This document shows, one piece after another, positions 36,704-49,636 of a DNA stretch of 64,000 nucleotides (positions within the stretch are counted from its first letter, which is position 1; each line of letters opens with the position of its first letter). The notes beneath the pieces were generated by a model. The model saw only the letters and a program-made list of their open reading frames with translations. It searched no databases and was not told the origin of the DNA. Source of the stretch: Utricularia gibba (lineage: Eukaryota > Plantae > Magnoliophyta); the NCBI GenBank assembly GCA_002189035.1, contig NEEC01000026.1, positions 248,001 through 312,000 on the forward strand, read 5' to 3'. The position numbers were made by a program, and so were the translations under genes.

Positions 36704-39199
36704 ATGAATCCTCCTCGATTCCTTTTTCTATTGAATCCTGCGGAGGCCCCATGGCTTTCCAACCCCGCTTCCTCGCCGTCGCCATCCTCCTCTTCCGATG
36801 GCGACGGGAATTTCGATGATGCTTGGTACGGAAATATACAGTATCTTCTCAACATATCTGCCATAGGAGCCCTCACCTGTCTCTTCATATTCGTCTTTTT
36901 GAAGCTTCGCAGCGATCACCGGCGCGTACCGGGTCCTACCGCTATTGCGTCGAAACTTCTTGCGGTTTGGCACGCTACCAGCAGAGAGATTTCGCATCAC
37001 TGCGGCGCTGATGCCGCGCAGTTTCTCTTGATTGAAGGCGGCAGCTCGGCTATCTTACTCGGGCTTGCTGCCTTGGCTCTTACTCTTTTGCTTCCTCTCA
37101 ATATTTATGCCGGAAAGGCCGCTGTTGCAGATGAGTTTTCCAAGACTACGATCAATAACATCGTTTCTGGCTCCCCACTTTTATGGGTGCACTTCCTTTT
37201 CGCTATGGCCCTTGTTTTTTGGATGCACCACGGCATCAATGACATGGAAAGGAGATTGAGAATAACCAGGTTGCGAGATGGGAGTGGGAATCCCAGTGAG
37301 CCAAGTGCAAATTCTAGTGCTGTTTTCACGATAATGATTCACGGTGTTCCAAAATCCTTAGGTTTCGATAAGACTCCGTTTCTCGAGTATCTTCAGGTTA
37401 AGTATCCAGGGAAAATATACAAGGTGGTTGTGCCAATGGACTTGTGTGCACTGGATAATCTGGCTACCGATTTGGTGAAGGTGAGGGAGAATGTCAGTAG
37501 GCTGGTTTCAAAAATGGAAGCAAGAGGGTTTGTGCAGGGCAGAGATCACTCTGATGCCATGGAAGGGAGGAGATTCTGGGGTAGGATGGTTTTTCTGTGG
37601 AGGAGGATGCGGGATCTCTGTGAGACAGCTGTTCATGAACTGGGATTTTCAGATGAAGAGAGGCTGAGGAAGTTGCAAGAATTGAGAGCTGACTTAGAAA
37701 TGGAGATGGTTGCTTACAAGGAGGGGCAAGCTAGAGGAGCTGGAGTTGCGTTTGTTGTGTTTAAGGATGTTTACGCAGCAAATAAGGCTTTCCAGGATCT
37801 CCGTAATGAGAAAAGGAGGCAGATTGGTCGGTTTTTCTCGCTGATGGATTTGCAGTTGCAAAGAAATCAATGGAAAGTGGAGAGAGCACCACTGGCTAGT
37901 GATATATACTGGAACCATTTGGGTTCCTCAAGGCTCTCTTTAACTCTCAGGAGAGTGCTTGTCAATACTTGTTTACTTCTGATGCTTTTATTCTTCAGTT
38001 CTCCACTTGCTGTGATCAGTGCAATCCAAGGTGCAGCTAGGATCATCAATGCCGAAGCTATAGATAAGGCTCAGTTGTGGTTGACTTGGTTGCAAAGCTC
38101 GAGTTGGATTGCCAGTATAATATTTCAGTTTCTGCCGAATGTCATGATTTTTGTCAGCATGTATATAGTGATACCATCTGCGCTGTCACATCTTTCCAAG
38201 TTTGAACAGCACCTCACAGCATCCAGGGAGCAGAGAGCTGCATTATTGAAGATGTTTTGCTTTTTCCTTGTCAACCTCATTCTCTTGAAGGCATTGGTGG
38301 AGTCGTCGTTGGAAGGGGCCATTTTGAAAATGAGCAGGTGTTATTTGGATGGTGAAGACTGCAAGAGAATCGAACAGTACATGGGCACCTCTTTCTTGTC
38401 GAGGTCATGCCTATCCGCTCTTGCATTTCTCATTACCAGCACCTTCCTTGGAATATCTTTTGACCTACTCGCGCCAGTACCATGGATTAAAAACAAGTTT
38501 CGGAAGTTTCGGAAGAACGACATGCTGCAGCTTGTGCCAGAGAGAGTAGACGAATATCCCTTGCAACACCACCAAGATGCAGAAAACCTGCAGAGACCCT
38601 GATATCTGAAAGGGTATCTGAGATTGTGGTTGGCAATAACGAATTCCTAAACAGTTCTGCTCCGCCCGCATCATCAGACTCAGGCCAAGATTTATGCGAG
38701 TATCCTCCGGTCATCAGCCGGACGTCACCTGTGCCGAAAGAGAAGTTTGATTTTGCACAGTATTATGCATTCAACCTCACAATATTCGCTCTCACATTGA
38801 TCTACTCCTCATTCTCTCCCTTGTGGTTCCAGCCGGCACGGTGTACTTTGGCTACAGATACCTGGTCGATAAGTACAATTTCCTTTTCGTATTCCGGGTC
38901 CGAGGCTTCCCTTCTGGAAACGATGGTCGGCTGATGGATACGGTGCTCTCCATCATGAGGGTGTGCGTGGACTTGTTCCTGGTTTCAGAGCTAGCCTTCT
39001 TTTCGCTGCGCGGGACTCCATGAAGCTTCAAGCCATCTTCACAGTTGGATTGATGGTAGTGTACAAGCTCCTGCCTTGGGATGATGATGGCTTTCAGCCC
39101 GCTGTACTGCAGCAGACCATACGGACCGTGGAAAGTGTAATAAATGGATCCCTGGATTATGAGGTCTTCTCACGGCCTACCTTTGAATGGGATAACTAG
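36704..39199 (+). CDS. OSCA4.1: CSC1/OSCA4.1-like channel (At4g35870-like), intronless coding region, ~832 aa after restoring three bases
   Basis: N-terminus [16 protein letters not shown]...[12 protein letters not shown]...[16 protein letters not shown] matches the OSCA4.1 clade as I recall it. Later [41 protein letters not shown]. Frame steps of -1 at 38597-38599, 38818-38820 and 39012-39014. Start codon choice is uncertain. Confidence 0.92.
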
Positions 39200-39812
39200 T
39201 AACCTTACAGCGTTGTAGCGCTAGATGTTCATCTCTCAGTGACCAAGGCACGTTGGGTTATTACCATACGCATGCTGATCCGCAAACTTTCTCCATTCTC
39301 CACTAAAAAGGCGCAACACACACACACAGCCTTGAAAACATCATCCGATGATCTACTGAAAACACCCATGGGGGAATTCAAGGGAAATTTTGATGGAGGG
39401 CCAGAAGGCTCAACCAAGACTTTTTCCATCAGTGTATACAACCATTCAAATCCCAATAAAATACAAAAGGGGGAAAGGAAAGGAAAGGAGAGAAAGCACA
39501 CAACTGGAGCCAGCCAGTTGGAGGCTGGGATCACGCATCCTTGACACGCTGGTCTTAGGGCACATGAACATGCCAAGAGCACCTACCATTACAAATCTTG
39601 TAAGCATAGAAAGAAGAACTGGAGGATCTCAGGGACCGCAGAGCAATAGCACGAATGATGGTTTAAGTGAACTAAACAATGGTGACATAAAAATACACGG
39701 TATCTCACACGCCAATATCATCACAAAAAAAGAAAAATAATAGTAAACAGAAGGTTACTCAAAACTAACCTTTGCTGTCATGAAGATGTGCCAACAATGC
39801 CAGCAGCATTTT

Positions 39813-41132
39813 TCATGTGAATCGCTTTCTATCATTTGGCTTTAATATTTGAAAGGAGCACATTAGACTATCATCAACACTCATCATGGCACCAGCATTA
39901 TCAAATTCACCACAGTAATTTGGTGCTGAAAAGACAGTTACCAGCTGCCTATCAGCAAAGAATTCATAACCATCTTCCACGACCTGCAAGTAAACATATA
40001 CAGTACATCAAACTCAATCTGGCCAAATGGAAATAACATAACTCAAAAAAAGAATCCAATATCAATACCTGATGAGCACGGCAGATCAGGTCCATGTCAT
40101 GCTGCATCAAGAATTCGGCCACCTTATCTGAACCAAACGTATGCGAAACACCTCTGTCATTCATCCCCCAACCTTTAATGTCTCTACTTGGGTCAGACCA
40201 TAGCAAATCACAAAGCAAACCAGAGTCAGGTACATCAGTTGGGCGTGGTATATTTCTTATTTGGTCCATATTCGTCAGTTCTGGAGACAGTCCACCATGC
40301 ATGCAAAGTATCTTATCATCAATAAGTGCAGCCACAGGAAGACAGTTGAAACAATCCGTGAAAATTTTCCAAAGTCGGACATTGAAACGACGTTTACATT
40401 CATCATAGAATCCATATATCCTGTTGATAGATGCGCATTCATGATTCCCTCTTAAGAGAAAAAAGTTCTCTGGATATTTAATTTTGTACGCAAGGAGAAG
40501 GCAAATTGTTTCCAAACTCTGCTTGCCACGGTCAACATAATCTCCTAAGAACAAGTAGTTGGCCTCAGGAGGAAATCCTCCATACTCAAATAGCCGTAAA
40601 AGATCTGCATACTGTCCATGAATGTCTCCTGAATCGAATGAAAAAGAAACATTCTTTACACCCTTCTTGATACGGTGATATTATAATGTGACAGTTCACC
40701 TAGAAAAAGATAGATCAAAACTTGAAATTGTACAGTATCACGTATTCTCCAAAACCGTCGAAGAGGATATTTCAAACCATAACAATATAATTTTGCTCTA
40801 TAATCCGCGATTGGCATGAATCACTGCAGGGGTTTTTAAGAAAAAAAATATGAAGGAAAACAGGCAACCAAATCATCGGACAGCGTCCTCAAAAGAATCG
40901 ATGAAGTGAATAGGCGCAAGGCAGCAACTTTACCACAGATCTTAATGGGTGCTTCGAGCTCAAGAAGATTCGGCTGCGATAAGAAAATTTCACGAGATGT
41001 TGCGCAGAGGGCACGGATCTCACTCTCGGAGAGCTGCGCCTGACGCACACTCCGGGCACTCCGTAGCTCCAAGAGACGACTTATGATGTTATCCAACACG
41101 GCAGGTTCAATCCCCTGCCCATTCGCTGCCAT
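39813..41132 (-). CDS. TOPP: Type-one serine/threonine protein phosphatase catalytic subunit (PP1/TOPP2-like); 3 exons, 309 aa
   Basis: Exons 41132-40934, 40628-40069, 39983-39813 (930 nt). PPP motifs [30 protein letters not shown]. Confidence 0.96.
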
Positions 41133-41367
41133 TGCAGTTCCGCTTCGTTCCTTGGATTCCCCTCGGAAAATTCAAACCGGAAATAACCAAAACTCGAACC
41201 CAGACACCTATCCGACCTAGTAAAGTTATCCAACGACAGCAGAAAGGCAACCGCGGATACCGAAAATTAGGTGAGTGGAGATGGGAGATTTGGGTAGCGC
41301 AACAGGCCTGCAACTTGCGAGCGAAGCAGGGAAGAAGTATCGCGTAAGCCGGCCGGCCGGCGAAGTT

Positions 41368-41375
41368 TAGGGTTT
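41368..41375 (-). promoter_or_regulatory. Telo-box (AAACCCTA) in the PP1 proximal promoter or leader
   Basis: TAGGGTTT on +. A GGGCCCAC site II/TCP-like motif lies ~190 bp further upstream, the usual pairing in plant housekeeping promoters. Confidence 0.5.
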
Positions 41376-44300
41376 GAGGTCGAACGGGCAACTCAAACCG
41401 GGTGCTGGGGGGGGGGGGGGGGAGGTGGTATTTACAATTAATAAAAGAATAAGGCCTGCATTTATAAATACACGGCGCGCCGGCGCATGCATGACAAAGG
41501 CCTGGCTACTGCAGCCTACCTGACATGAGCTGCAGCTGTGCGTGCGTACTAAGTATGGGGCCCACATGCCGTGAATCCCGGGGAGGCGCACGCACGGTGA
41601 CCGACCGGCCGGCTGTTTTCCCCCGGGCACGCCGACGAGGAGCTTCCCGACTCGAGAGATGGGTGATTTAGAAATCTGGATTCTTAATTTAGTGTGTGAG
41701 AGAAAGTGAGGGTGTCCACTTTTCTAAATGACCCATTTAGAGATTGGAAGCAGAGGGAGGATGAGTTGGGCTCCACCATCTTCTTCTTCTTCTTCTTCTT
41801 CTTCACCGATCCAACCTGATTTTCAATTTTTAGGTAGGATGCATTCGAAAATGATACAATGCACAGGAAGAGCGAGCGAGATCAATTCGGGGGTTTACGT
41901 TTAGAAAGATATGCTTTAATTAAATAAAATGTTTATGTGTTGACATGTTTACCCTTAAAAAACGTCAAATCAAAATATGAAGCTCTTCCTATTTCCATAC
42001 TAATCTTTAAAATGACGAAATTTTCTAATCAAATAAATGTATGAATCCCAATTAACTCAATAACAAAATTCAAATAGAAATGTATAATAAAATCAGAGTT
42101 GAACATAAAAAATTGGTGCTTATAATATGGTATTAGAATGCATAATCACATAACAATTTCATTTTAAGTTCAAAATCAAACTAATAGTTGTATATTAAGC
42201 AGTAAAAAAAATTAAACCTCAATAGTATCATAAGTTTTGATTTTATTTTAAATAAAAATGATGAAATCCATTTATTGAAGATGCTATTGAATCCAACAAT
42301 TAACATGATTCATGCTACTCTTGAGTTGTGGGATGAAATAAAAAAGGTATATTTTTAATTTATTTGCATTATAATTACTCATATAATTTATTTGCATTAT
42401 AATTTATTTGCATTATAAAAACTATTATCATTTTTACATTTATTTGTGGTAGTTATACCTAAAGTCAAGTGAGGTGAGTAACAAATCTTGGCCTTTGTGA
42501 AAACATTTTCACATCTCCAAAAAAAGATGCAAGTACTTGTCACTTTGGACAATGAAGCTAGTGAAGAGATGATTCAAGACATCTGATTTAAGTTATTTGA
42601 TGGATATTAAAACATTGCTAATGAGATGTGATCATTGCTATAATTTTTTACTTTTATTCATTTAGTTATGCACACTTATAATATTTTAATTGTTTATTAG
42701 TTACATAACTTTTGGTTGTAAGTAAATTTGATTTATGATTTTCTTTGTATTTATATTTGAAAAAACATTATTTGAAATTTAAATAAATTTATTTTTCAAT
42801 AATCAACTTCATAATGAAAAATAATATCATTAACATCATTTTCACATTCACATTCTTGTATATGAAATTCGCATGTTTTCAATAACATCCTTCCTATTTA
42901 TCTATATTTGTGATGCCTCAATTTTAGAAATAAACAAATTATCAGTCATCTTTATTGTCTTCACTATTATGGTAATTCCAAAAGATTTTTTCTTCTATTC
43001 TCTCACAAGTGATTTCGATATGTATAAAGTTATGCAATAAATAGAAGTTAAAATGATGCGATTTCAAGTTATGCAATAATGTCAAGGGATCAAAGATCTC
43101 ACAATATACCCATTGCTTGCTCAATTACATTTGGAACCTTTGCATACCTCATTATTAAATGAATTAATGTATATTGTGATATCATGTCAAAAAACTTTCT
43201 ATTATTGCATAAGTAGTAATTCCTTATGAGATTAATTGATGTATAATATGTTTAAACATGTCGCTAGTACCATCATAGGACAACGATAATTCTTAACCTT
43301 CAGGTGGGGTGACTTGTAATCCACTTTGTCTTGTAAGCGCATGAATCATGATCTAACACTCAGTACTACTATATGGCAATGATAACACTAGATCCTTTAA
43401 AAAAAAAAGAGCACATATGAAATTTAAATTTTATCACAAACTATTAAAGCATTCATTGGGCTATTACTTTTTCTAGTACCTCATATTATCCTTCATGTTC
43501 ATGATGTTGTATTTTATCTTGACGTTTTTATGTTTCATTTTTAGTAATAATAGGATAGAAACACTCAAATTAGGGGAGGAAATAGCTGAGAAACAGGAAA
43601 TTCTGGGATGTTGTGAAATATTAGACTTTTCGAATCAAATAAAAGTTATAAAGATCTAATGCACATTAACCATAAAATATGTATAATACTTTGAGGTCAA
43701 ACACAAGAAACCTAGTGTTTATTGCAAAAGTTCATATATTTTGATATCAAATACAATTTTTAGTATTAGCAATAACTAACATAGATTCAATAGTAATTGT
43801 GAAAATAAAAATAATGCGATAGTGGATTTGTAATTCTAAATCACAAAACATAAATGCAATGTCTAGGGTACTAGGGGTGATTCACTAACAAACGAAAATT
43901 TTTGAATTGTTGCAATAAAATTAAATTTTCATATTAAATAAATTTATAATCCCTAATCCTGACAAAATACACGTTAAATACAAAATGTAAGGTGGAATTC
44001 GAGGTCGATCACAAGGAACGGGTGCTTGTAACGTGTTTTAGCAGATGCAGAATTCAGAGTAACGTCATTCCTAGTTTAAGCTCAAACTAACAATGGTAGA
44101 CAAGTTCAATAAACAAGATGGAGTCTCAACGCTTGATAAACGAAAAATTTTGCATGTCGTTATATGCAAACTCTTCGATCAAATAAATTTACAACCTAAT
44201 ACACATTCAAGCATAAAACAATTATGAACATAGTGATTAGGATTGAACACGAAAAGCAGGTGCTTGTCATGTGATTAATCAATGCGTGCAATCAGTGTCA

Positions 44301-45199
44301 CGTTGGTAACTTAGTTTTAACTAGGACTAAGGTAGAACTACAACGGAATACAGCAAAGAAAAATAATAAGTTTTGGAGCTCGGTTGTTTCTGGAATGAAA
44401 TGGGTGATGCCTTGGGACTCTTAGGGGATGTATGCTTATCACTAAATAAGCTCACACAAATCATAAATCATATAACTAACACAAAAAATCTAAGTCTACC
44501 CGAATTCTTGTTTTCCCCCTAATCTTTGGTCTACCTCTAATTAGGGTTGTTAAGCTGGGTTTCACTACTTCCCCCTACAGGATCTATCTTGGTTTGTTAA
44601 GGAAGTGGTGTGACTTATGGCTGATTAGGTCTAAAGATTGATTAGCACATTTCTCCCCCTCTCACCCCAAGACACCCCCTAATTGCTTAGCCATTCATGA
44701 CAAGGGAAAGGAAAATGTTTTCATAGCATATTCTAAGTAACATTCTGGTTTCAAAGTTAAACAACAACAAGCAATGCATGACAGAACTAGAAAAGACAAA
44801 TTGTTCACGTAGTAAATCTAAAACTAGTCTCAGATAGGAACAATATGCATCAAGAATGAAAATAAATCTTCAAAGAGAACTGGTTCTTGAGTGTCCAATG
44901 GGGAGATCTATTTTCTCTCTCCCTCCTCCCCCTTTTTATCCAAAATCTCACTTTTTATCTCCTTGGATTTTATGTGTATTCCTTTTCAGACTTCTGCCAC
45001 CTTCTGTGCCACTACACTGTTCATATTCAGCTCCTTGGGATTTGTGTTGCGACCTGTGCTGCATTGCTCGAAGGAAACTATTAGAAGGTTGGGACTAAAC
45101 TAAGACTAAAATAACACTACTACAACACTATGCGCCAAAATATGGAACTAGGCAGTAAAACTTAATTTTTGTAGCATAATACCATGTATCTTTTCCATG

Positions 45200-48100
45200 G
45201 TATGCTGTTGATGGTTTGTACCAAACGTTGAACTGCTTCAAAACATTTCTCAAGGCCTGATTATAAAAATGCATACCTCGGTCACTGATCAGCACCTTAG
45301 GAGTCCCATACCGCACAAAGATCTTGTTACGTATAAAATTTATCACTGTTTTTGCGTCATCTGTCCTTGTAGGAATGGCTTCAATCCACTTTGAGATGCA
45401 ATCAACAACCACTAAAATATAGTTGTAGCTTGTAGAAGTGGGGAATGGCCCCATAAAATCAATGCCCCAAACATCAAATAATTCACATACCAGGATTCCT
45501 TGCTGAGGCATTTCGTCCCTATTGGATAAATTTCCCACTCGGCTCACAGCCCTTGCAATAGGTATAACAGTCTCTGAAAATGTGAGGCAAGTAGAATCCG
45601 CAGTCCAAAATTTTTCTGGCTGTACAGTTTGATCCATGATGGCCACCAAAGGGTCTGGCATGACAAGAATTGATAATCTTAGGAATTTCAAACTCATGAA
45701 CACACCTTCAAATGACTCCATCATTGCATCTCTTCCAGAGGTAAGGATCATCCCAAATATAATATTTGGCATCACTCTTCAGTTTGTTCTTTGTGTGATA
45801 ATCAATTCCCGGTGGCATCACTCCTGCTGAAACAAAGTTAGCCAAGTGTGCGAACCACGATTCACAAATATTAGTCCTAAATAAGAACAATTGTTCATCC
45901 GAAAATGTTTCAGTAGACTGTCATTCTTAATCCCTTCCATCCTGCTGAGATGGTCAGCGACCATGTTCCCTCTTCCAGGCCTGTCTTTAATTTCCACATC
46001 AAACTCTTGAACAAGAAGAACCCATCTAATCAATCGCGGTTTGGTCTCCTTCTTCTCCATGAAGTGTTTTACCGCTGAATGGTCTGTGTAGACCACCACT
46101 TTGCTCCCTAAAAGATATGAACGAAATTTCTCCAAAGCAAAAATCACAGTCAAAAATTCCCTTTCAGTCACAGTATAATTTTTTTGAGCTTCATCTAAAG
46201 TTTTAGATGAATTCATACAGCATGACTATTAGCATCACACATAATTTCGAAATCATACCTCCAGTTTGGTGGTTGTATCACAGGAGCGGTGGTCACAACC
46301 TCTTTCAAACAATTAAAAGCATTTTTGCATGAATCATCAAAAATAAATTCCACATCATAATGCAAAAGTCTATTAAGAGGCAAGGCAATCTTAGAAAAAT
46401 TCTAAATAAATCTCCTGTAAAAACCAACATGCCCCAGAAATGATCTCACACCTTTAACATCAATGGGATATGGTAATTCAGTCATAATTTTGATTTTTGC
46501 TTTGTCTACCTCGATACCTTTCCTAGAAATAACATGGCCAAGCACAATCCTATGATCTACCATAAAATGGCATTTTTCAAAATTTAGAACAAAATTTTTT
46601 TCAACACATTTTCGCAAAACCTGATCCAAATGGTCTAAACATGACTCATAATCTACTCCATACACTGTAAAATCGTCCATAAAAATTTCAATGAAATCCT
46701 CACCAAAATTTGAGAAGATGCTAGTCATACACCTCTGGAAGATACGAGGGGCGCTGCACAACCTAAAGGGCATCCTTCTATAGGCATAAGTCCCAAATGG
46801 ACAAGTAAAAGTTGTCTTGTCTTGATCCATACCTGAAATTGCAACCTGGTTATATCCAGAATAACCATATAAAAAATAATAAAAAGATTTTCCTACTAAT
46901 TTTTCGAGCATTTGATCAATGAAAGGTAAAGGGTAATGATCTTTCTTGGTCAATTCATTCAATTTCCTATAGTCTATGTATACTCTCCACCCATTTTGGA
47001 TTCTTTGTGGCACCAACTCTCCCTTCTCGTTCTCTACCACTATCATACCAGTTTTCTTGGGCACCACATGGATTAGATTCATCCATTCGCGGTCTGTAAT
47101 CGAATAGATAATACCTGCATCATGAAGTTTGACAATTTCCTTCTTTACCACTTCCATCATATTTGGGTTGAGGCGCCTTTGTGGCTGGCGAACAGCTTTT
47201 GCTCCATTTTCTAATAAAATCCTGTGCATACTTATAGAAGGATAAATGCCTTCAATATCTGCAAGGGTCCAGCCAATCGCCTTCTTGTTCCTGATCAGCA
47301 CCTCGAGCAGTCGCCACTCTTGGTCTAAGCTAAGACTATTTGAGATGATAATAGGGTTGTTCACTTCTTCATCCAAGAATGCGTACTTCAAGTGTGTGGG
47401 CAGTGGCTTCAACTTAGCTGTCCTCTCTTCTAGGGTCTTGACTTGCATAGCATTCACTTATTCTGACCCCTTTTCGGCTTCCACTCTTGCAAAAAATGAT
47501 TCTTCATGTTCCTCTTTCTTCTCTTGGATAGCCTTCTCAAGATGATCTTCAACCAACTTATCCATCACATTCACTAAGCATACACTCTCAAAATCGCTTG
47601 GATAATTGTTCAACTCTTTCATGTCCAGTGTAATCTTTTCTTCATCAAAGGATAATTCAATTGTGTCCATCTTCACATTAATTATGGCATTGGAAGTGCT
47701 CAAGAATGGTCTTCCAAGGATGATGGTCGTATCTCTTGAACTTCCAGCAGGCATATTCACCACATAAAAGTTTGCTAGAAACACTAGTTGCTCAATCTTC
47801 ACAAGAACGTCTTCAACCAAGTCTTTTGAAGAAATAACTCTTCGGTCAGCAAGCTCAATTTGCACTCCTGAGGCTTGTAGAGGTCCTAACCTGAGAGTCT
47901 CATATACAGAAAATGACATCACGTTTATGGAGGCTCCCAGGTCAACCATTGCTCTCCTGATGTTCAGGTCACCTATTTTGCAAGGAATAAAAAAATGTTC
48001 TAGGATCCTTGCGTTTTTCAGGTAGCTTCCAAGTCAAAAGGGCTGAACAACTCTCACTCAACTTCACCTTGCCTTTTTCCTTCAGTTTAGGCTTTGACAT

Positions 48101-49636
48101 ACAGAGTTGCTTCAGGTACTTCATACTTTTGGGCACCAAGCCAAAGTACTCAAGAAGAGTCAAATTCAATTGGGTATTACCTAAAGCTCTCAACATTTTT
48201 TCTTTTTAATTTTGCTCTTCTCTCACTTTCAGCCTTCCTGGAAATGGTGGTGGGGTTGCTTTTACCACGAGAGGCTCAGTAGCAATCTCCTCCTCCTATT
48301 CTTCAGCATCTCCTTCAACCTCAACTTCATACTCTTCTTCCGCCACTAAATTACTCTTAGGTTGGACTAATTCTCTTCCATATTTTTCTTTTCCGCTTCT
48401 TAGTGTCATTGCACTGATATTTGGTCCTCCCCTGAGTTGGGATTCTGTTTGGCTTGCGACGGTAGGCTTCCTTTTTGCTTCAGTTCCCCAACCTCTGTTG
48501 CTAGCTGAGTAACTCGAATTTCTAGATTCTTGATAGCTTGTTGATTCTCCAATGAACTTCCAGAATTTCCTTCAGAATTATTCTAGTTTGGAGGTTGAAA
48601 TTACTGTTGCATCTTGCTGTTTGGCTTGCGAAATGGTGGAGCTTGATAAGAACGTTGCTGCTGCTCCTGGAAATTTTGCTGAAATCCTTGCTATCCAACT
48701 GATGAACTCTCACCCTTGTAAGAATTATCATTGTTATTCCATCTGAAATTTGGATGATCCCTCCATCCAGGATTCTAGGTGTTTGAATAGGGATCATATT
48801 TCTTTCTTAGTGGCTCCAGATATCCCATTGACTTCACATGTTCTTCCTCTATCAATTCGGGACATTTATCAGCAATGTGACCCATTCTGTGGCAGTTCCC
48901 CCAAGGCATATTCTTAGCTTGGAATAAAAACAGTTCCTTCATCATCTCAGACATGGCAGCCACATTTTTCGTTAGCTCACTTTCTGATGACTTTGGCTTG
49001 CATTCCAGCTCATAAACCCTTCTGTTCAAGGCTTGCTTTCTGATTATGTGCCTAGAGTGCTCAGCCAACTTCCCAAGTAATGCAAGAGCTTTTGTGGAAG
49101 TCTTTTTCCTCAAAAACCCACCTACTGTAGAATCCACCATGGCTCTATCTGTGCATAGAAAACCATCATAAAAATACTTTATCAATGAATTGATATGAAA
49201 TCCGTGGTGTGGATAGGAGCCTAGCAAGTGATTAAAACGCTCCCAATATTCATGTAAAGATTCACCATTTGACTGCTCAATATCACTAATTTCCTTATTC
49301 CTTCAGCCTTTGAAGCAGGGAGGAAATATTTTCTGAGAAATACTTTCTTCATCCCTGACCAATCCGTGATACTCCCAAGCTTCAAAGAGTTGAACCACGT
49401 TTTTGCACTTCCTTCTAGTGTAAATTGGAATGCCCTCAAATAGATGGCATCCTCAGTCATACCAGCACTCATGTTGTCAAGATGTTCATGTGGGTTTTCA
49501 CCCACTTTTCCATAATACTTAGGCAGAAAATTAATCATAGCTGGTTTTAATTTGTTGGCTGTGTCATCAAAAAACCTGATACACAACCCTTTGTACATAT
49601 GGTCAGTTGCATCAAGTTCATTCAGGGTCTTCTCCT
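45200..49636 (-). pseudogene. Athila gag-pol, decayed (gag, protease, RT, RNase H, partial integrase)
   Basis: gag ~49636-48100; protease MVDLGASINVMS (47949); RT NGWRVYIDYRKLNELTKKDHYPLPFIDQML...FMDDF; RNase [34 protein letters not shown]; integrase [12 protein letters not shown]...[11 protein letters not shown]. Many stops and frameshifts. Confidence 0.93.

Noticed and set aside
23739-39199. Calling XDH, CIPK and OSCA4.1 pseudogenes because of frameshifts
   Set aside because: All six lesions are identical in type (one base short in a G/C run), while splice sites and catalytic motifs are intact. Sequencing error is more parsimonious.
27311-40455. Antisense ORFs over XDH, F-box, OSCA and PP1 exons, and 29546-29956
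   Set aside because: These are shadow ORFs of real coding or GC-rich leader sequence with no independent evidence.
19968-41132. Functional link between the PMD gene and the nearby PP1 gene (MAIN/MAIL1 partner with a phosphatase)
   Set aside because: The known partner is PP7L, not PP1. The PMD is inside a mobile element 18 kb away, so proximity is incidental.
42000-43750. Possible decayed DNA-transposon coding remnant
   Set aside because: AT-rich with exon-like patches, but I could not recover a convincing motif, TIR or TSD.
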